Origin: Limisphaerales bacterium | GTDB taxonomy: Bacteria; Verrucomicrobiota; Verrucomicrobiia; Limisphaerales; UBA11358 | Assembly (NCBI GenBank): GCA_003134375.1 | Contig: PLAY01000065.1 | Span: 158 to 64,157 of the forward strand | DNA length: 64,000 bases | Direction of reading: 5' to 3' | In this document: piece by piece, positions 49,881 through 61,592 of the stretch | Position numbering within the stretch: position 1 is the stretch's first letter | Layout: every line of letters starts with the position of its first letter | Notes under the pieces: model-generated | What the model was told of the DNA's origin: nothing | Seen by the model: only the letters and a program-made list of their open reading frames with translations | Databases searched by the model: none | Translations under genes and position numbers: made by a program

Positions 49881-51890
49881 TCAGGTTCCCACTGGCTGCG
49901 TCATCCGGGCGCGCATCATCTCGGTGTCACCATTAAGCCGAAGCCGGTCTTTGGGAACGCCATCCAGGGTATCCCGAATCAGTCGAGCCACCTGGTTCGG
50001 TTGATAGGGTTTCGCCAGAAAGATGTTGTTGCCTTGAGTGAAATCTTTTCCCGTCAGCGCGGAACTATAACCGCTGGCGTAGATCACTTTGAGTTCGGGC
50101 TTTCGCCTTTTCAATTCCACAGCCAGGTCAGTGCCCGTCATGCCGCCAGGCATGATCATGTCGGTCAGGAGCAAATCAACCTGGCCGTTGCACTCGTCCC
50201 AAACCCGCAAAGCCTCGACCCCCGAGGAAGCGATCAAAACACGGTATTGATATTGCTGGAGAATCTCCCGCACCAGTTCCAACAGTCCAATCTCATCCTC
50301 GACGAGCAGAATGCTTTCTTTGCCTCCCCGGACGTTTTCGGATTTAATGGACGGATCGGCGGGTGCATCGCCAGCTTTACCAGCCATCGGAAGAAACACT
50401 TTGAAAGTGGTGCCGACGCCCACTTCGCTTTGGACTTCGATCCAGCCATGATGTTGTTTGACCACGCCATAAACGGTGGCCAGTCCCAGCCCCGTTCCCT
50501 TGCCGACTTCCTTGGTCGTGAAAAATGGCTCAAAAATCCGCTGCAACACCTTGGGTTCCATGCCGCAACCGGTATCCATCACGGTCAGGCAGACGAACCA
50601 ACCTACGCGGGCTTCGGGATGCTGTTTCAGATAGGCGGCGTCAATTTCAGCGGCGGAAGTCGTGATGATAAATTTGCCGCCCTTGGGCATGGCGTCACGC
50701 GAATTAACCGCCAGATTCATCACAATCTGCTCGACCATCCCGGCATCCGCCTGAATGCACGGCAGTTCCGCCTGACAGTGGATTTCCAACGAGATATCCT
50801 CGCCGATCAGCCGCGGAAGCATGCTTCTCAAATTTTGCAGCACCGCATTCAAATCAAGAATCTTCGATCGGAAAATCTGTTTGCGGCTGAACGTGAGCAA
50901 TTGGCGGATGAAACTGGCCGCGCGCTCCGCCGCCGCGGAAATCTGCTTCAGCGATCGGGTCGCGTCAGTGCCGGACGGAACCGCGTTAAGCAACAGCCCC
51001 GCGTGTCCCTGGATGACGGTCAGAATATTGTTGATGTCATGCGCCACGCCGGCAGCCAGCTGGCCCACTGACTCCATTTTCTGTGATTGCCGCAGTTGCG
51101 CTTCCAACATCAGTCGCTCGGTAATGTCTTCAACCGTGATGACCATCCCGTCAATCTTGCCCGTGGCATCAAAAAATGGCGTGGCATTGGTGGAGAGCAG
51201 CGTCCGGCGGTTGTCGGAACGATCAATGGCGTGATGAACATCCTGTACCGGCTGGCCGGATTCAAGGACCTTTTTCAACGGCTGGGTCTGTCCTGGAAGA
51301 GGATGTCCTTCCGGATCCGTCATCCGCCACTCCAGGACACTGCAAGCGCCACGGGCAATGGCGTCCTTGGCCAGGCCAAGGACTTCCTCCGCCCGATGAT
51401 TGGCAAAGGTGATTTTCCCGGCTTGATTAGCGACGACGATGCCGACCGGACTGGTTTCCATGATACGGCTGATGAGATCCCGGTCATGGCGGAGGTTTTC
51501 CTCGGCGCGCTTGCCTTTGATGGCATAACGGATGGCGCGGTCAAGAATGTCGGCGTTAAGCTGGCCTTTGACGAGATAATCGGCGGCCCCGGCTTTCATG
51601 GCCTCCATGTCAATCTCATGGTCCCCCTGGCCGGTCAACAAGATCATGGGCGCCCGGGCATTGAACTGTTGTGATTCGCACAACAATTCCAGTCCGGTCC
51701 GTTCGCCGAGGCGAAAGTCCAGCAGATAGATGTCGTGCTCGCAGCGCCGGATGGCGTCCAGCGCCGCTGGGAAATTGTTGACCCAGTCGAGATGATAACG
51801 GCCCGCGATTCGTAAAATCAGATCACGCGTGATGATATAATCATCCTCATCATCATCCACCAACAGGACTTTGACCGGGGCATCGGACAT
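49881..51890 (-). CDS. hybrid histidine kinase (REC-PAS-HisKA-HATPase-REC)
   Basis: N-terminal VLLVDDDEDD...YLLDFRLG, H-box AAGVAHDINNILTVI, G-boxes DTGCGM/GTGLGL, and a C-terminal REC (LLVEDE...LLLTDMIMPG). Confidence 0.88.
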   Translation of the reverse strand: MSDAPVKVLLVDDDEDDYIITRDLILRIAGRYHLDWVNNFPAALDAIRRCEHDIYLLDFRLGERTGLELLCESQQFNARAPMILLTGQGDHEIDMEAMKAGAADYLVKGQLNADILDRAIRYAIKGKRAEENLRHDRDLISRIMETSPVGIVVANQAGKITFANHRAEEVLGLAKDAIARGACSVLEWRMTDPEGHPLPGQTQPLKKVLESGQPVQDVHHAIDRSDNRRTLLSTNATPFFDATGKIDGMVITVEDITERLMLEAQLRQSQKMESVGQLAAGVAHDINNILTVIQGHAGLLLNAVPSGTDATRSLKQISAAAERAASFIRQLLTFSRKQIFRSKILDLNAVLQNLRSMLPRLIGEDISLEIHCQAELPCIQADAGMVEQIVMNLAVNSRDAMPKGGKFIITTSAAEIDAAYLKQHPEARVGWFVCLTVMDTGCGMEPKVLQRIFEPFFTTKEVGKGTGLGLATVYGVVKQHHGWIEVQSEVGVGTTFKVFLPMAGKAGDAPADPSIKSENVRGGKESILLVEDEIGLLELVREILQQYQYRVLIASSGVEALRVWDECNGQVDLLLTDMIMPGGMTGTDLAVELKRRKPELKVIYASGYSSALTGKDFTQGNNIFLAKPYQPNQVARLIRDTLDGVPKDRLRLNGDTEMMRARMTQPVGT

Positions 51891-51897
51891 AAAGCGT

Positions 51898-52353
51898 TCA
51901 ACTCTCGCCCGGTGGAAGTTCGACCACTTCGAACCAATATCGGCCGAGGACCTTGATCAATTCCACCAGCGACTTGAACGTCACTGGTTTGGTCACGTAG
52001 GAATTCACGCCCAAATCGTAGGTGCGCAAAATGTCTTCCTCCGCCTTGGAGGTGGTAAGGACGACGATGGGAATCCGGCGCAGTTCCGGATCCGCCTTGA
52101 TTTCCTTGAGCGCTTCGCGCCCGTCTTTGCGCGGCATGTTCAGATCCAGCAAAATCAGCCCGGGCAATGGCGCATCCTTCTGATCGGTGTAACGGCCTTG
52201 ACGGCGCAAATATTCCATCAATTCTTCGCCGTCTTCCACGCAATGGAGCACGTTGACCAAACGGTTCTCCACAAATGCGTCTTGGGTCAGTTTACGGTCG
52301 TCCGGATCATCGTCCGCCAGCAGAATTGTAATCATTTTTCCTTCGATTTTCAT
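51898..52353 (-). CDS. single-domain response regulator (Rcp1/CheY-like)
   Basis: ILLADDDPDD...LILLDLNMPRKDG...VVLTTS...SYVTKP. Its ATG overlaps the stop of the upstream kinase (ATGA). Confidence 0.88.
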   Translation of the reverse strand: MKIEGKMITILLADDDPDDRKLTQDAFVENRLVNVLHCVEDGEELMEYLRRQGRYTDQKDAPLPGLILLDLNMPRKDGREALKEIKADPELRRIPIVVLTTSKAEEDILRTYDLGVNSYVTKPVTFKSLVELIKVLGRYWFEVVELPPGES

Positions 52354-54857
52354 GGTTGGTTTTTCCTATCTATGGTGGTTTCCTTGTTATCGTCCTGCGC
52401 TTTTTTGGGGTGAGCCACCGGAATCGTCAAGATAAAAGTGGAGCCTTGCCCTGGTTTGCTTTTGGCGGTGATGTCGCCGCCGTGATATAATGCAATTTTG
52501 CGAACAATGGCCAACCCCATGCCGGTGCCTTCGTATTCATTGCGAGTGTGCAACCGCTGGAAGACATTGAATATTCGATCCAGATATTTTTCGTCAAAGC
52601 CTATGCAATTGTCACTGACCGTCAACCGGCAAAGTTTCTTCGCGGGCGTGAGGGAATCGGGGATGATCTGCGCTTCGACTTTCACCACCGGCGGCTCTTC
52701 CGGGCGGCGGAATTTAAGCGCGTTGCCAATCAGGTTTTGCAACAACTGGCGCATTTGCAGCGACTCCGCGTCAATGACCGGTAGCGCTCCCAGTTCGACG
52801 CGCCCTTTGACCAGTTCGATCCGTCCCTCCAAATCTTCCAGCACTCCGCTGGCCACTTCCGCCAGATTGACCGACGTGAAAGGCTGGGCCTTGGTCGTAA
52901 CCCGCGAAAAAGTCAACAGATCGTTGATCAGAATCTGCATCCGCGCGGCCGCTTTCTGCATCCGATCCAGATAATCAAGCGCTTCCGGCCCCAAGGCTTC
53001 ACTGTTCTTTTCCCTGAGCCGTTCGCCGAAAACCACGATTTTTCGCAAGGGTTCCTGCAAGTCGTGCGAAGCCACATAGGCAAAATCCTGCAGCTCACGA
53101 TTGCTGCGCTCCAGTTGCACGGTGAACTGGCGCAACTTTTCCTCGCTGCTGCGCAGATCGTCTTCCGCCTGCTTGCGTTCCGTGATGTCCCGGCCGATAC
53201 CCACCAGCCCGACAATCTTTCCGCCTTGATCGCGCAGCGGCAGCTTGCTGGTCAACAGCCAGTGTTTCTCGCCCTTGTCGTTCAAGACATACTCTTCCCG
53301 GTTGATGACCGGTTCGCCCTGAATCACCTTTTGGTCGGCGGCCCAGAATTTTTCGGCGAGTTCCTGTGGGAATAGATCGAAATCCGTTTTGCCGATGGCC
53401 TCGGCTTCGCTGTCGCAATGGAGATTTTTCAGGTCCGCCGGATTAGCCAGGATTTTCCGGCCGGCGGCGTCCTTGGCATAGATGCAATCCGGCAGGTTGT
53501 CAATCAGCGTCCGCAGGAGGGAGCGTTCCCGGGCCAGCGCCTCTTCCGCCACCTTGTCCTTGGTGATGTCCCGGCCGATGCCCACCAAACCGATGATTTT
53601 CCCGTTCTGATCGCGCAGCGGCAGCTTGCTGGTCATCAGCCAGTGTTTGCGGCTCTGTTCGTCGAATAAAAACTCCTCCCGGTTGAGCACCGGCTGGCCT
53701 TTCAGCACCAATTGGTCATCCGCCCAGAATTTTTCGGCAATGTCCGGCGGAAAGAGATCAAAATCGCTCTTGCCGATGGCCTCGGACTCGAACTTGCAGC
53801 GGAGATTTTTCAGGTCGGCGGGGTTGGCCATCGTCTTTCGACCGGCGGTGTCCTTGGCGTAGATGCAATCCGGCAGGTTGTCAATGAGTGTCCGCAACAG
53901 CAGGCGTTCCCGTGCCAGTGACTCTTCGGCCTGCTTGCGCTCGGTGATATCGAACTGGATTCCCTGGGTGCCAATAATCTTTCCATCCGAATCAAGCATT
54001 GGCAATTTTACAACGTGCAGGAACTGCTTCGTACCATCGGCTTTCACATACTCTTCATCCATCTCAATGGGCTTGCCGGTTTGCATGATTCGTTCATGAT
54101 GTTCCACGCCGACGGCGGCATACGTGTTTGCCGGCCCGGTTGCGCCCGGTTTCGCCGCTTCGATGGCGGCGACTTCCAGGGGTGTTTTGCCCAAAAACTC
54201 CTCCGCCTTCATGCCTTTGATCCGGCAGAACTCGGAATTGACCAGAACAAAGCGGCCTTCCCGGTCTTTGCGAAAAATTCCCATGGGCAGTTGCTCCAGC
54301 AGCGAGTGACTAAGCGCCTGCGATTCCCGCAATGCCTCCACCGTTTGTTTCATTTCCGTAATGTCCCGGTTGATGCCCATCAAACCCACGACTGTTCCTT
54401 GCTTGTCCCGCAGCGGGACCTTGGTGGTTTGCACCCAGCGCTTCTCGCTGGTGCCCGGAATCATCACGGTTTCCTCCCGGTTCAGCGGCTGGCCTGATTT
54501 CATCAGCGCCTGTTCGTCCTCATAATACTGGTTGGCCGCTTCCGCCGGGAAAATATCGCGGTCGCTTTTGCCCATCACCTCGTCCGGACGGGTTGCGCCC
54601 AGTGTCCGCACGTGCGCCAGATTGCTGATCAAAAACCGGCTCTGCCGGTCTTTGACGAAAATGTTATCGGGCAGGCCGTCAATGAGCGTCCGCAGCAAAT
54701 CCCGCTCTTGCACCAATTTTGCGTTTTCCCGCGCCAGTTGCGCGTTGAGTCCCGTGCCTCTTGAACTTTCCAAGCTGCCCGTCGAATGCCCGTTCTTTGA
54801 CGAAGGGGCAACTTCGTTTGACGGCAATTTAGCTTGATGATTGCTTGTTGTATTCAT
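52350..54857 (-). CDS. multi-PAS sensor histidine kinase
   Basis: Four PAS modules, H-box FAYVASHDLQEPLRKI, and HATPase (GIGFDEKY...GTGMGLAIV). The first gene of a three-gene two-component operon. Confidence 0.88.
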   Translation of the reverse strand: MNTTSNHQAKLPSNEVAPSSKNGHSTGSLESSRGTGLNAQLARENAKLVQERDLLRTLIDGLPDNIFVKDRQSRFLISNLAHVRTLGATRPDEVMGKSDRDIFPAEAANQYYEDEQALMKSGQPLNREETVMIPGTSEKRWVQTTKVPLRDKQGTVVGLMGINRDITEMKQTVEALRESQALSHSLLEQLPMGIFRKDREGRFVLVNSEFCRIKGMKAEEFLGKTPLEVAAIEAAKPGATGPANTYAAVGVEHHERIMQTGKPIEMDEEYVKADGTKQFLHVVKLPMLDSDGKIIGTQGIQFDITERKQAEESLARERLLLRTLIDNLPDCIYAKDTAGRKTMANPADLKNLRCKFESEAIGKSDFDLFPPDIAEKFWADDQLVLKGQPVLNREEFLFDEQSRKHWLMTSKLPLRDQNGKIIGLVGIGRDITKDKVAEEALARERSLLRTLIDNLPDCIYAKDAAGRKILANPADLKNLHCDSEAEAIGKTDFDLFPQELAEKFWAADQKVIQGEPVINREEYVLNDKGEKHWLLTSKLPLRDQGGKIVGLVGIGRDITERKQAEDDLRSSEEKLRQFTVQLERSNRELQDFAYVASHDLQEPLRKIVVFGERLREKNSEALGPEALDYLDRMQKAAARMQILINDLLTFSRVTTKAQPFTSVNLAEVASGVLEDLEGRIELVKGRVELGALPVIDAESLQMRQLLQNLIGNALKFRRPEEPPVVKVEAQIIPDSLTPAKKLCRLTVSDNCIGFDEKYLDRIFNVFQRLHTRNEYEGTGMGLAIVRKIALYHGGDITAKSKPGQGSTFILTIPVAHPKKAQDDNKETTIDRKNQP
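53184..53945 (-). repeat. tandem 381-bp intragenic duplication (two PAS modules)
   Basis: Units start GATGTCCCGGCCGATACCCACC (53184) and GATGTCCCGGCCGATGCCCACC (53565). Peptides RERLLLRTLIDNLPDCIYAKD... and RERSLLRTLIDNLPDCIYAKD... are near-identical. Confidence 0.8.
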
Positions 54858-55012
54858 GGGTTAAATCTTAGCCCGATGAAAAGCAGTTTAAGTGCCTTTA
54901 AGTGCAATTGTCCTCCCATAACGCTTGTTATTAGTTTTATTGCTATCCAATCCACAAGTCTTAATCATTTGTCCCCAAACAGGACAATGCGAGAAAGGAA
55001 ATGATACATTTC

Positions 55013-55108
55013 CCAGGCGGCGGGGGAGACTTAATTGGGGCGACGACGCATTGTCATCCAACCCTCGCAAAAATTTGGACGTATCCAGTGGAGAAACTGA
55101 CCGCGTAG
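55013..55108 (+). pseudogene. remnant of the C-terminus of a pyridine nucleotide-disulfide oxidoreductase paralog
   Basis: Encodes PGGGGDLIGATTHCHPTLAKIWTYPVEKLTA*. Compare GPMGGELIHEI...HYHPTLAEIWTYPAEELAAQ in the gene at 48270..49739. About 44/57 nt match over the last 19 codons, and there is no upstream body. Confidence 0.55.
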
Positions 55109-55110
55109 AT

Positions 55111-55422
55111 TTAGCCGAGCTTTTTGAAGATTTCCTCCGGCGTGAAACTGTGAAGTTTCACAATTTTGTGCCGCGATTTGTGGCCGCGCACCAATTCGAC
55201 AAGCCCACGTGCGCAGTCAAGCTTTTCAGCCAGTAATTTAATTAACGCTTCATTCGCTGCGGCATCCACCGGCGGCGCAGTGACTTTGATTCGCAGTTCA
55301 TCCCCAAGCGGTTCGCCAATTTCATTGATCGAGGCGCGCGGCTGCAATTTTACCGACAGCAAGGTTCCATCCGGTTGCGCGCGAAGAAAACTGTGAAGCG
55401 GCCGGCGGTCGTCACCAGTCAT
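55111..55422 (-). CDS. DUF167 (YggU/UPF0235) family protein
   Basis: Start at ATG 55422. LSVKLQPRASINEI......LRIKVTAPPVDAAANEALIKLLAEKL...V.LVRGHKSR.K. Confidence 0.8.
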   Translation of the reverse strand: MTGDDRRPLHSFLRAQPDGTLLSVKLQPRASINEIGEPLGDELRIKVTAPPVDAAANEALIKLLAEKLDCARGLVELVRGHKSRHKIVKLHSFTPEEIFKKLG

Positions 55423-55454
55423 ATTTTTGTTTGCCTTCAAGACGGGCTGGAACC

Positions 55455-56951
55455 TCACGGATAAACCAATTGATAGCTGACGAAGGCCACCTTCCGGCTG
55501 TCCGGCGACCACGACGGGACGTTAATCGTGCCCTGCCCGCCAAACAATTTTGTGAGCACCTGAATTTTTTTGTCCGGGAGCGACATGAGCCGGATCATCA
55601 CATCTTTATTTGCCGGATGACCCTTCACGTCCTTTGCGTAGGAAAGGAAAACCATCCACCGTCCGTTTGGCGACGGGTGCGCGAACCAGTTGCAGTAGTC
55701 ATCGGATGTGATTTGTTCCTGCTCCGAGCCGTCCAGCTTCATCCGCCAGATCTGCATCCGGCCGGTCCGGTCGGAATTGAAATAAATATATTCTCCTTCC
55801 GGCGAATAATCGGGGCCGTCGTGCGAACCGGGTGCGGTGGTCAGGCGGGTTTCTTCGCCGCCGGCAACGGGCATCGTATAAATGTCAAACTGACCGTTTC
55901 GCTCCGCGCAATACGCGAGCGTTTTGCCGTCGGGCGACCAACCGTGCCAATACGACGGCGCCGGCGGCGTTACCAGCCGGGGTGTGCCGCCGGAAACCGG
56001 CAAAATGTAAATGCGCGACTTGCCGTCCTTGGTTTGATCGCTGATGGCCAGTTGTGTTCCATCGGGCGAAAGGCCGTGGTCGTTGTTGCAATGAATCTGG
56101 CCGCCGGTGTCGAGGAGTTCCGGGGTGCCGCCGGTCACTGGCAACTTGTAAATCCGTCCATTGCCGTTAAAGAGGAAAAATTTCCCGTCACGCGACCAGT
56201 TCGGCGCCTCAAAATGAACGCGCGCGCGATAAACCACGCTCCGGTCGCTGGATGCGACGGCAACGGTTTCAAGCGTGCTTTCGAGGACTGGCTGGGCATT
56301 GGCAGGTGTGGAAACCGGCGTAAGTTCGACGTTTGAGAAAACCGCCTTCTCCATGGCCTTGTTGTCGTGCGCGCAAACACCGAGGCCGACATAAAATTCC
56401 CCCTTGAACGGAATCCGCAGATAACCACCGGCGGGTTTCAGATCTTCACCCGCGGCCGCAAGCCACATTGAAATGTAATCGCCGCGTTTTTCGATTCGCA
56501 TCCGCACGGGGGTGGAAATGTTCGATTGAATTTCATGCGTCGTGCCGGCCGGCGTGTCGCGGTATTGAAGCGCCGTCAGGCCGCTGCCATGAAAGGCGAC
56601 ATCCGCGTAAACCGAGCCCGGTTCGAGCGATTGGCGGACGAGCAGGCAAGCCTTGCGATGCGGATTGCCGCCGGTGCCGATGAATTTAACGTCCGCCGTC
56701 AGCATGAAATCACCCGACATCTGCTTCCAGACAAAATGAAAGGCGTCGTTGGTGAACCACATGTTTTCGCCGCCGCCAGCGATGAGATACTCGCCCTTGG
56801 CGGGATCAAAATTCACCGTTCCGGCCTTGGCAACATTGCCGATGTCGCTTTGGTGCGAAAAAATTCCAAGTTCGGTTGAAGCGGCAGATGCTAGTTTTGC
56901 GCTCATAAATAAAACGACGATGGCAAGAAAGTGCCGGGAATTGGGTGTCAT
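55455..56951 (-). CDS. secreted protein: concanavalin-like/DUF1349-like N-domain + TolB-type (PD40) beta-propeller
   Basis: Signal peptide [23 protein letters not shown]. Repeated SPDG/SPEG/SPNG blades ([46 protein letters not shown]). Confidence 0.65.
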   Translation of the reverse strand: MTPNSRHFLAIVVLFMSAKLASAASTELGIFSHQSDIGNVAKAGTVNFDPAKGEYLIAGGGENMWFTNDAFHFVWKQMSGDFMLTADVKFIGTGGNPHRKACLLVRQSLEPGSVYADVAFHGSGLTALQYRDTPAGTTHEIQSNISTPVRMRIEKRGDYISMWLAAAGEDLKPAGGYLRIPFKGEFYVGLGVCAHDNKAMEKAVFSNVELTPVSTPANAQPVLESTLETVAVASSDRSVVYRARVHFEAPNWSRDGKFFLFNGNGRIYKLPVTGGTPELLDTGGQIHCNNDHGLSPDGTQLAISDQTKDGKSRIYILPVSGGTPRLVTPPAPSYWHGWSPDGKTLAYCAERNGQFDIYTMPVAGGEETRLTTAPGSHDGPDYSPEGEYIYFNSDRTGRMQIWRMKLDGSEQEQITSDDYCNWFAHPSPNGRWMVFLSYAKDVKGHPANKDVMIRLMSLPDKKIQVLTKLFGGQGTINVPSWSPDSRKVAFVSYQLVYP

Positions 56952-57014
56952 GCGGCTATTAAAACACACGGCGCAAAAACAAAAAAGTCTTTTTGCGCTT
57001 TCGGGCGCTGCAAA

Positions 57015-59550
<2,536 letters not shown>

Positions 59551-59588
59551 TCAGGAATCTTCCGAAGCGGGAACGTCACGGTCAATCT

Positions 59589-60095
59589 TCAAACATTTGC
59601 CCCCAGTTGCAGCCGGGGATCTGATTCCAGGATGCTTTTGAGATTCGCCCAGTTTGCCTCGTTCATGTCATTGAACGCATTCAGATAAATCGCCACGGCT
59701 TCGGGCGGATATTTCGCGAGCAGCGTTTCAATCGCGGGCTTCAATTTTGCGTCGTCCATGCTCTCCGGCAAATTTTCAACCACGCCCTCCTCGTTTTTAA
59801 TCCCCAGCGCGTTCAAAAAATCCACGAGCATGGCCTTGTGCTTTTTCAGCAACCAGGTGCGAATCAAGCCGCCCGCGACCAAATCCAGCGCGGGCCTGGC
59901 CAGGGTGGCGATCATGGCCGCGTGCCGCTGGGTTTTGGGCTGGCGCTCAAGGAAAACCGGGCGTAAGTGCCGCGCTTGGGCAACGGCGTTGAGCGTGGCG
60001 CGGTAAACCGGTTTGTCCGATTCGAGGGTGAACGTGATGATTTCGCCGGCCAGGTTCGGCGACATGAAGCCAAAAAGTTCGTGGGAAGTGAGCAT
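59589..60095 (-). CDS. hypothetical protein
   Basis: 168-aa soluble helical ORF with normal composition. No family recognised. Confidence 0.5.
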   Translation of the reverse strand: MLTSHELFGFMSPNLAGEIITFTLESDKPVYRATLNAVAQARHLRPVFLERQPKTQRHAAMIATLARPALDLVAGGLIRTWLLKKHKAMLVDFLNALGIKNEEGVVENLPESMDDAKLKPAIETLLAKYPPEAVAIYLNAFNDMNEANWANLKSILESDPRLQLGANV

Positions 60096-60137
60096 GAAAA
60101 TCAGAAGTTGGGAGTTGGGGGATAAAAGTTGTGGAAT

Positions 60138-60959
60138 TTAATCAATGGTTATGACGGTGATTTTACTTTTTTTTGCCAGTTGCCCGCAAGCCTCCTGTTC
60201 CAGCAATAAAGTTTTTCCAGCTTCCAGTACCAGCACGGAAATTCCGGCGTGGGCACAGGTTTCCAGTGTCTGCAAGCCGACGCAAGGAATGTCGAACCGC
60301 ATGTCATGATTGACCTTTGCCACTTTGACCGCCACTGCACCGCCGTCCTTGCCGGCGAGTTCCCCGCCGCGCGCAAGACATTTGTCCGTGCCTTCAAACC
60401 CTTCGACCGCAAGCACCGCGCCTTTTTTTACGACAACGGTTTGCCCGATCTCCAAACGGGAAACCTCCCGGGCAATGCGAAAACCAAATTCCACGTCCGC
60501 GCGTTTTTCATCCGACAATTCCGGGCCGAGATGAAAACCGGCTTGCGGCATGAGCGATTTCAGCCACGGCGTCGCCTCAATCAATTCAACGCCGTCTTTT
60601 TTCAATTCATCCGCAATCGCGCCGAAAATCGTGTGGGCGTTTTTCTCCTTCAGCCGGAACAACAGCGACATCGCGCGCAAATCGGGTCGCAAATCATAAA
60701 GATTTTTCGGCGCGATCTGGCCGACCATGACACATCGCTTCACCCCGCGGTCGACAAACGCGGAAATCATTTTTGAAAGCTGGCCGACTTTGAGCCAGAC
60801 GATTTCATCCACCAGTCCGGCCAGCGCGGGATCGGTTTCATTTTCAAACGCAACAGCGATGAGCCGTTTGACTCCGGCGGCGCGCGCCTGCCGGGCAAAT
60901 TCCAGCGGCAAGAAGCGGTTGCCGGCAATGAGGCCGAGAGATGCGGGCGCGGTATTCAT
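60138..60959 (-). CDS. lpxI: UDP-2,3-diacylglucosamine pyrophosphatase LpxI (DUF1009)
   Basis: LGLIAGNRFLPLEFAR, VMVGQI, GQTVVVKKGAVLAVEGFEGTDKCLARG, and KPxQDxRFD-like KVNHDMRFDIP. Confidence 0.8.
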   Translation of the reverse strand: MNTAPASLGLIAGNRFLPLEFARQARAAGVKRLIAVAFENETDPALAGLVDEIVWLKVGQLSKMISAFVDRGVKRCVMVGQIAPKNLYDLRPDLRAMSLLFRLKEKNAHTIFGAIADELKKDGVELIEATPWLKSLMPQAGFHLGPELSDEKRADVEFGFRIAREVSRLEIGQTVVVKKGAVLAVEGFEGTDKCLARGGELAGKDGGAVAVKVAKVNHDMRFDIPCVGLQTLETCAHAGISVLVLEAGKTLLLEQEACGQLAKKSKITVITID

Positions 60960-61168
60960 CCGTGATTCCGGGCTTAGGATAACGAAGCGACAAAAAGAAG
61001 CCAGCCTGCGATTTAGATACGCAAAAGTTTCTGTCCTGCTTTGGAACAGGATGTCTCATTCAATAAAAAACTTGAAATGCATGATGAAATCGGGCTGGCG
61101 CAGCGCCGGCAAAATTGAGTTTTTTCACGTCTAAAAATCTGGCGCGCAAGGTGCTATGCATAATAGCG

Positions 61169-61489
61169 ATGTCATCCTTGGAAAATATCTACAAAAAAAT
61201 GGCAGAGGCGGCGGCTGGCGCGGATGCCCTGCACGAAACCACCCAGAATTCGACACAGTACGTCTCTCCCGCGGTCGCGCACGAACTAAACAATATCATT
61301 GCAATTATTCGAGGCTACGCCGACCGTTTGCTGTTCAAGCACGGTGAAAATCCCGCGCTCGAACCGCACCTCAAGCTCATCTCCGAAGCGGCCAAACGTG
61401 CGGCAATCATCGTTCACGATGCCCTGCCGCCAAATTCAAGCCCGGCCGTCCGGCAAAATCCGCCGTCGTCGCAACAGCCCACCTCGTAA
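61169..61489 (+). CDS. small stand-alone HisKA (DHp)-like protein without ATPase domain
   Basis: H-box-like VAHELNNIIAIIRGYADRL with a second helix ISEAAKRAAIIVHDAL. The ORF ends after a Pro/Ser tail. The start is uncertain (ATG 61169 or 61199; the track TTG at 61115 is unlikely). Confidence 0.5.
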   Translation: MSSLENIYKKMAEAAAGADALHETTQNSTQYVSPAVAHELNNIIAIIRGYADRLLFKHGENPALEPHLKLISEAAKRAAIIVHDALPPNSSPAVRQNPPSSQQPTS

Positions 61490-61592
61490 CCGCGGCTTCT
61501 TCCTGACCTGAAATATCGCGATTCGTTTTGACGCTTTGCGTTCCATCGCGTAGCGTTTTGTTTCTATTTTCAACTGACTATTTGGGTTTACT

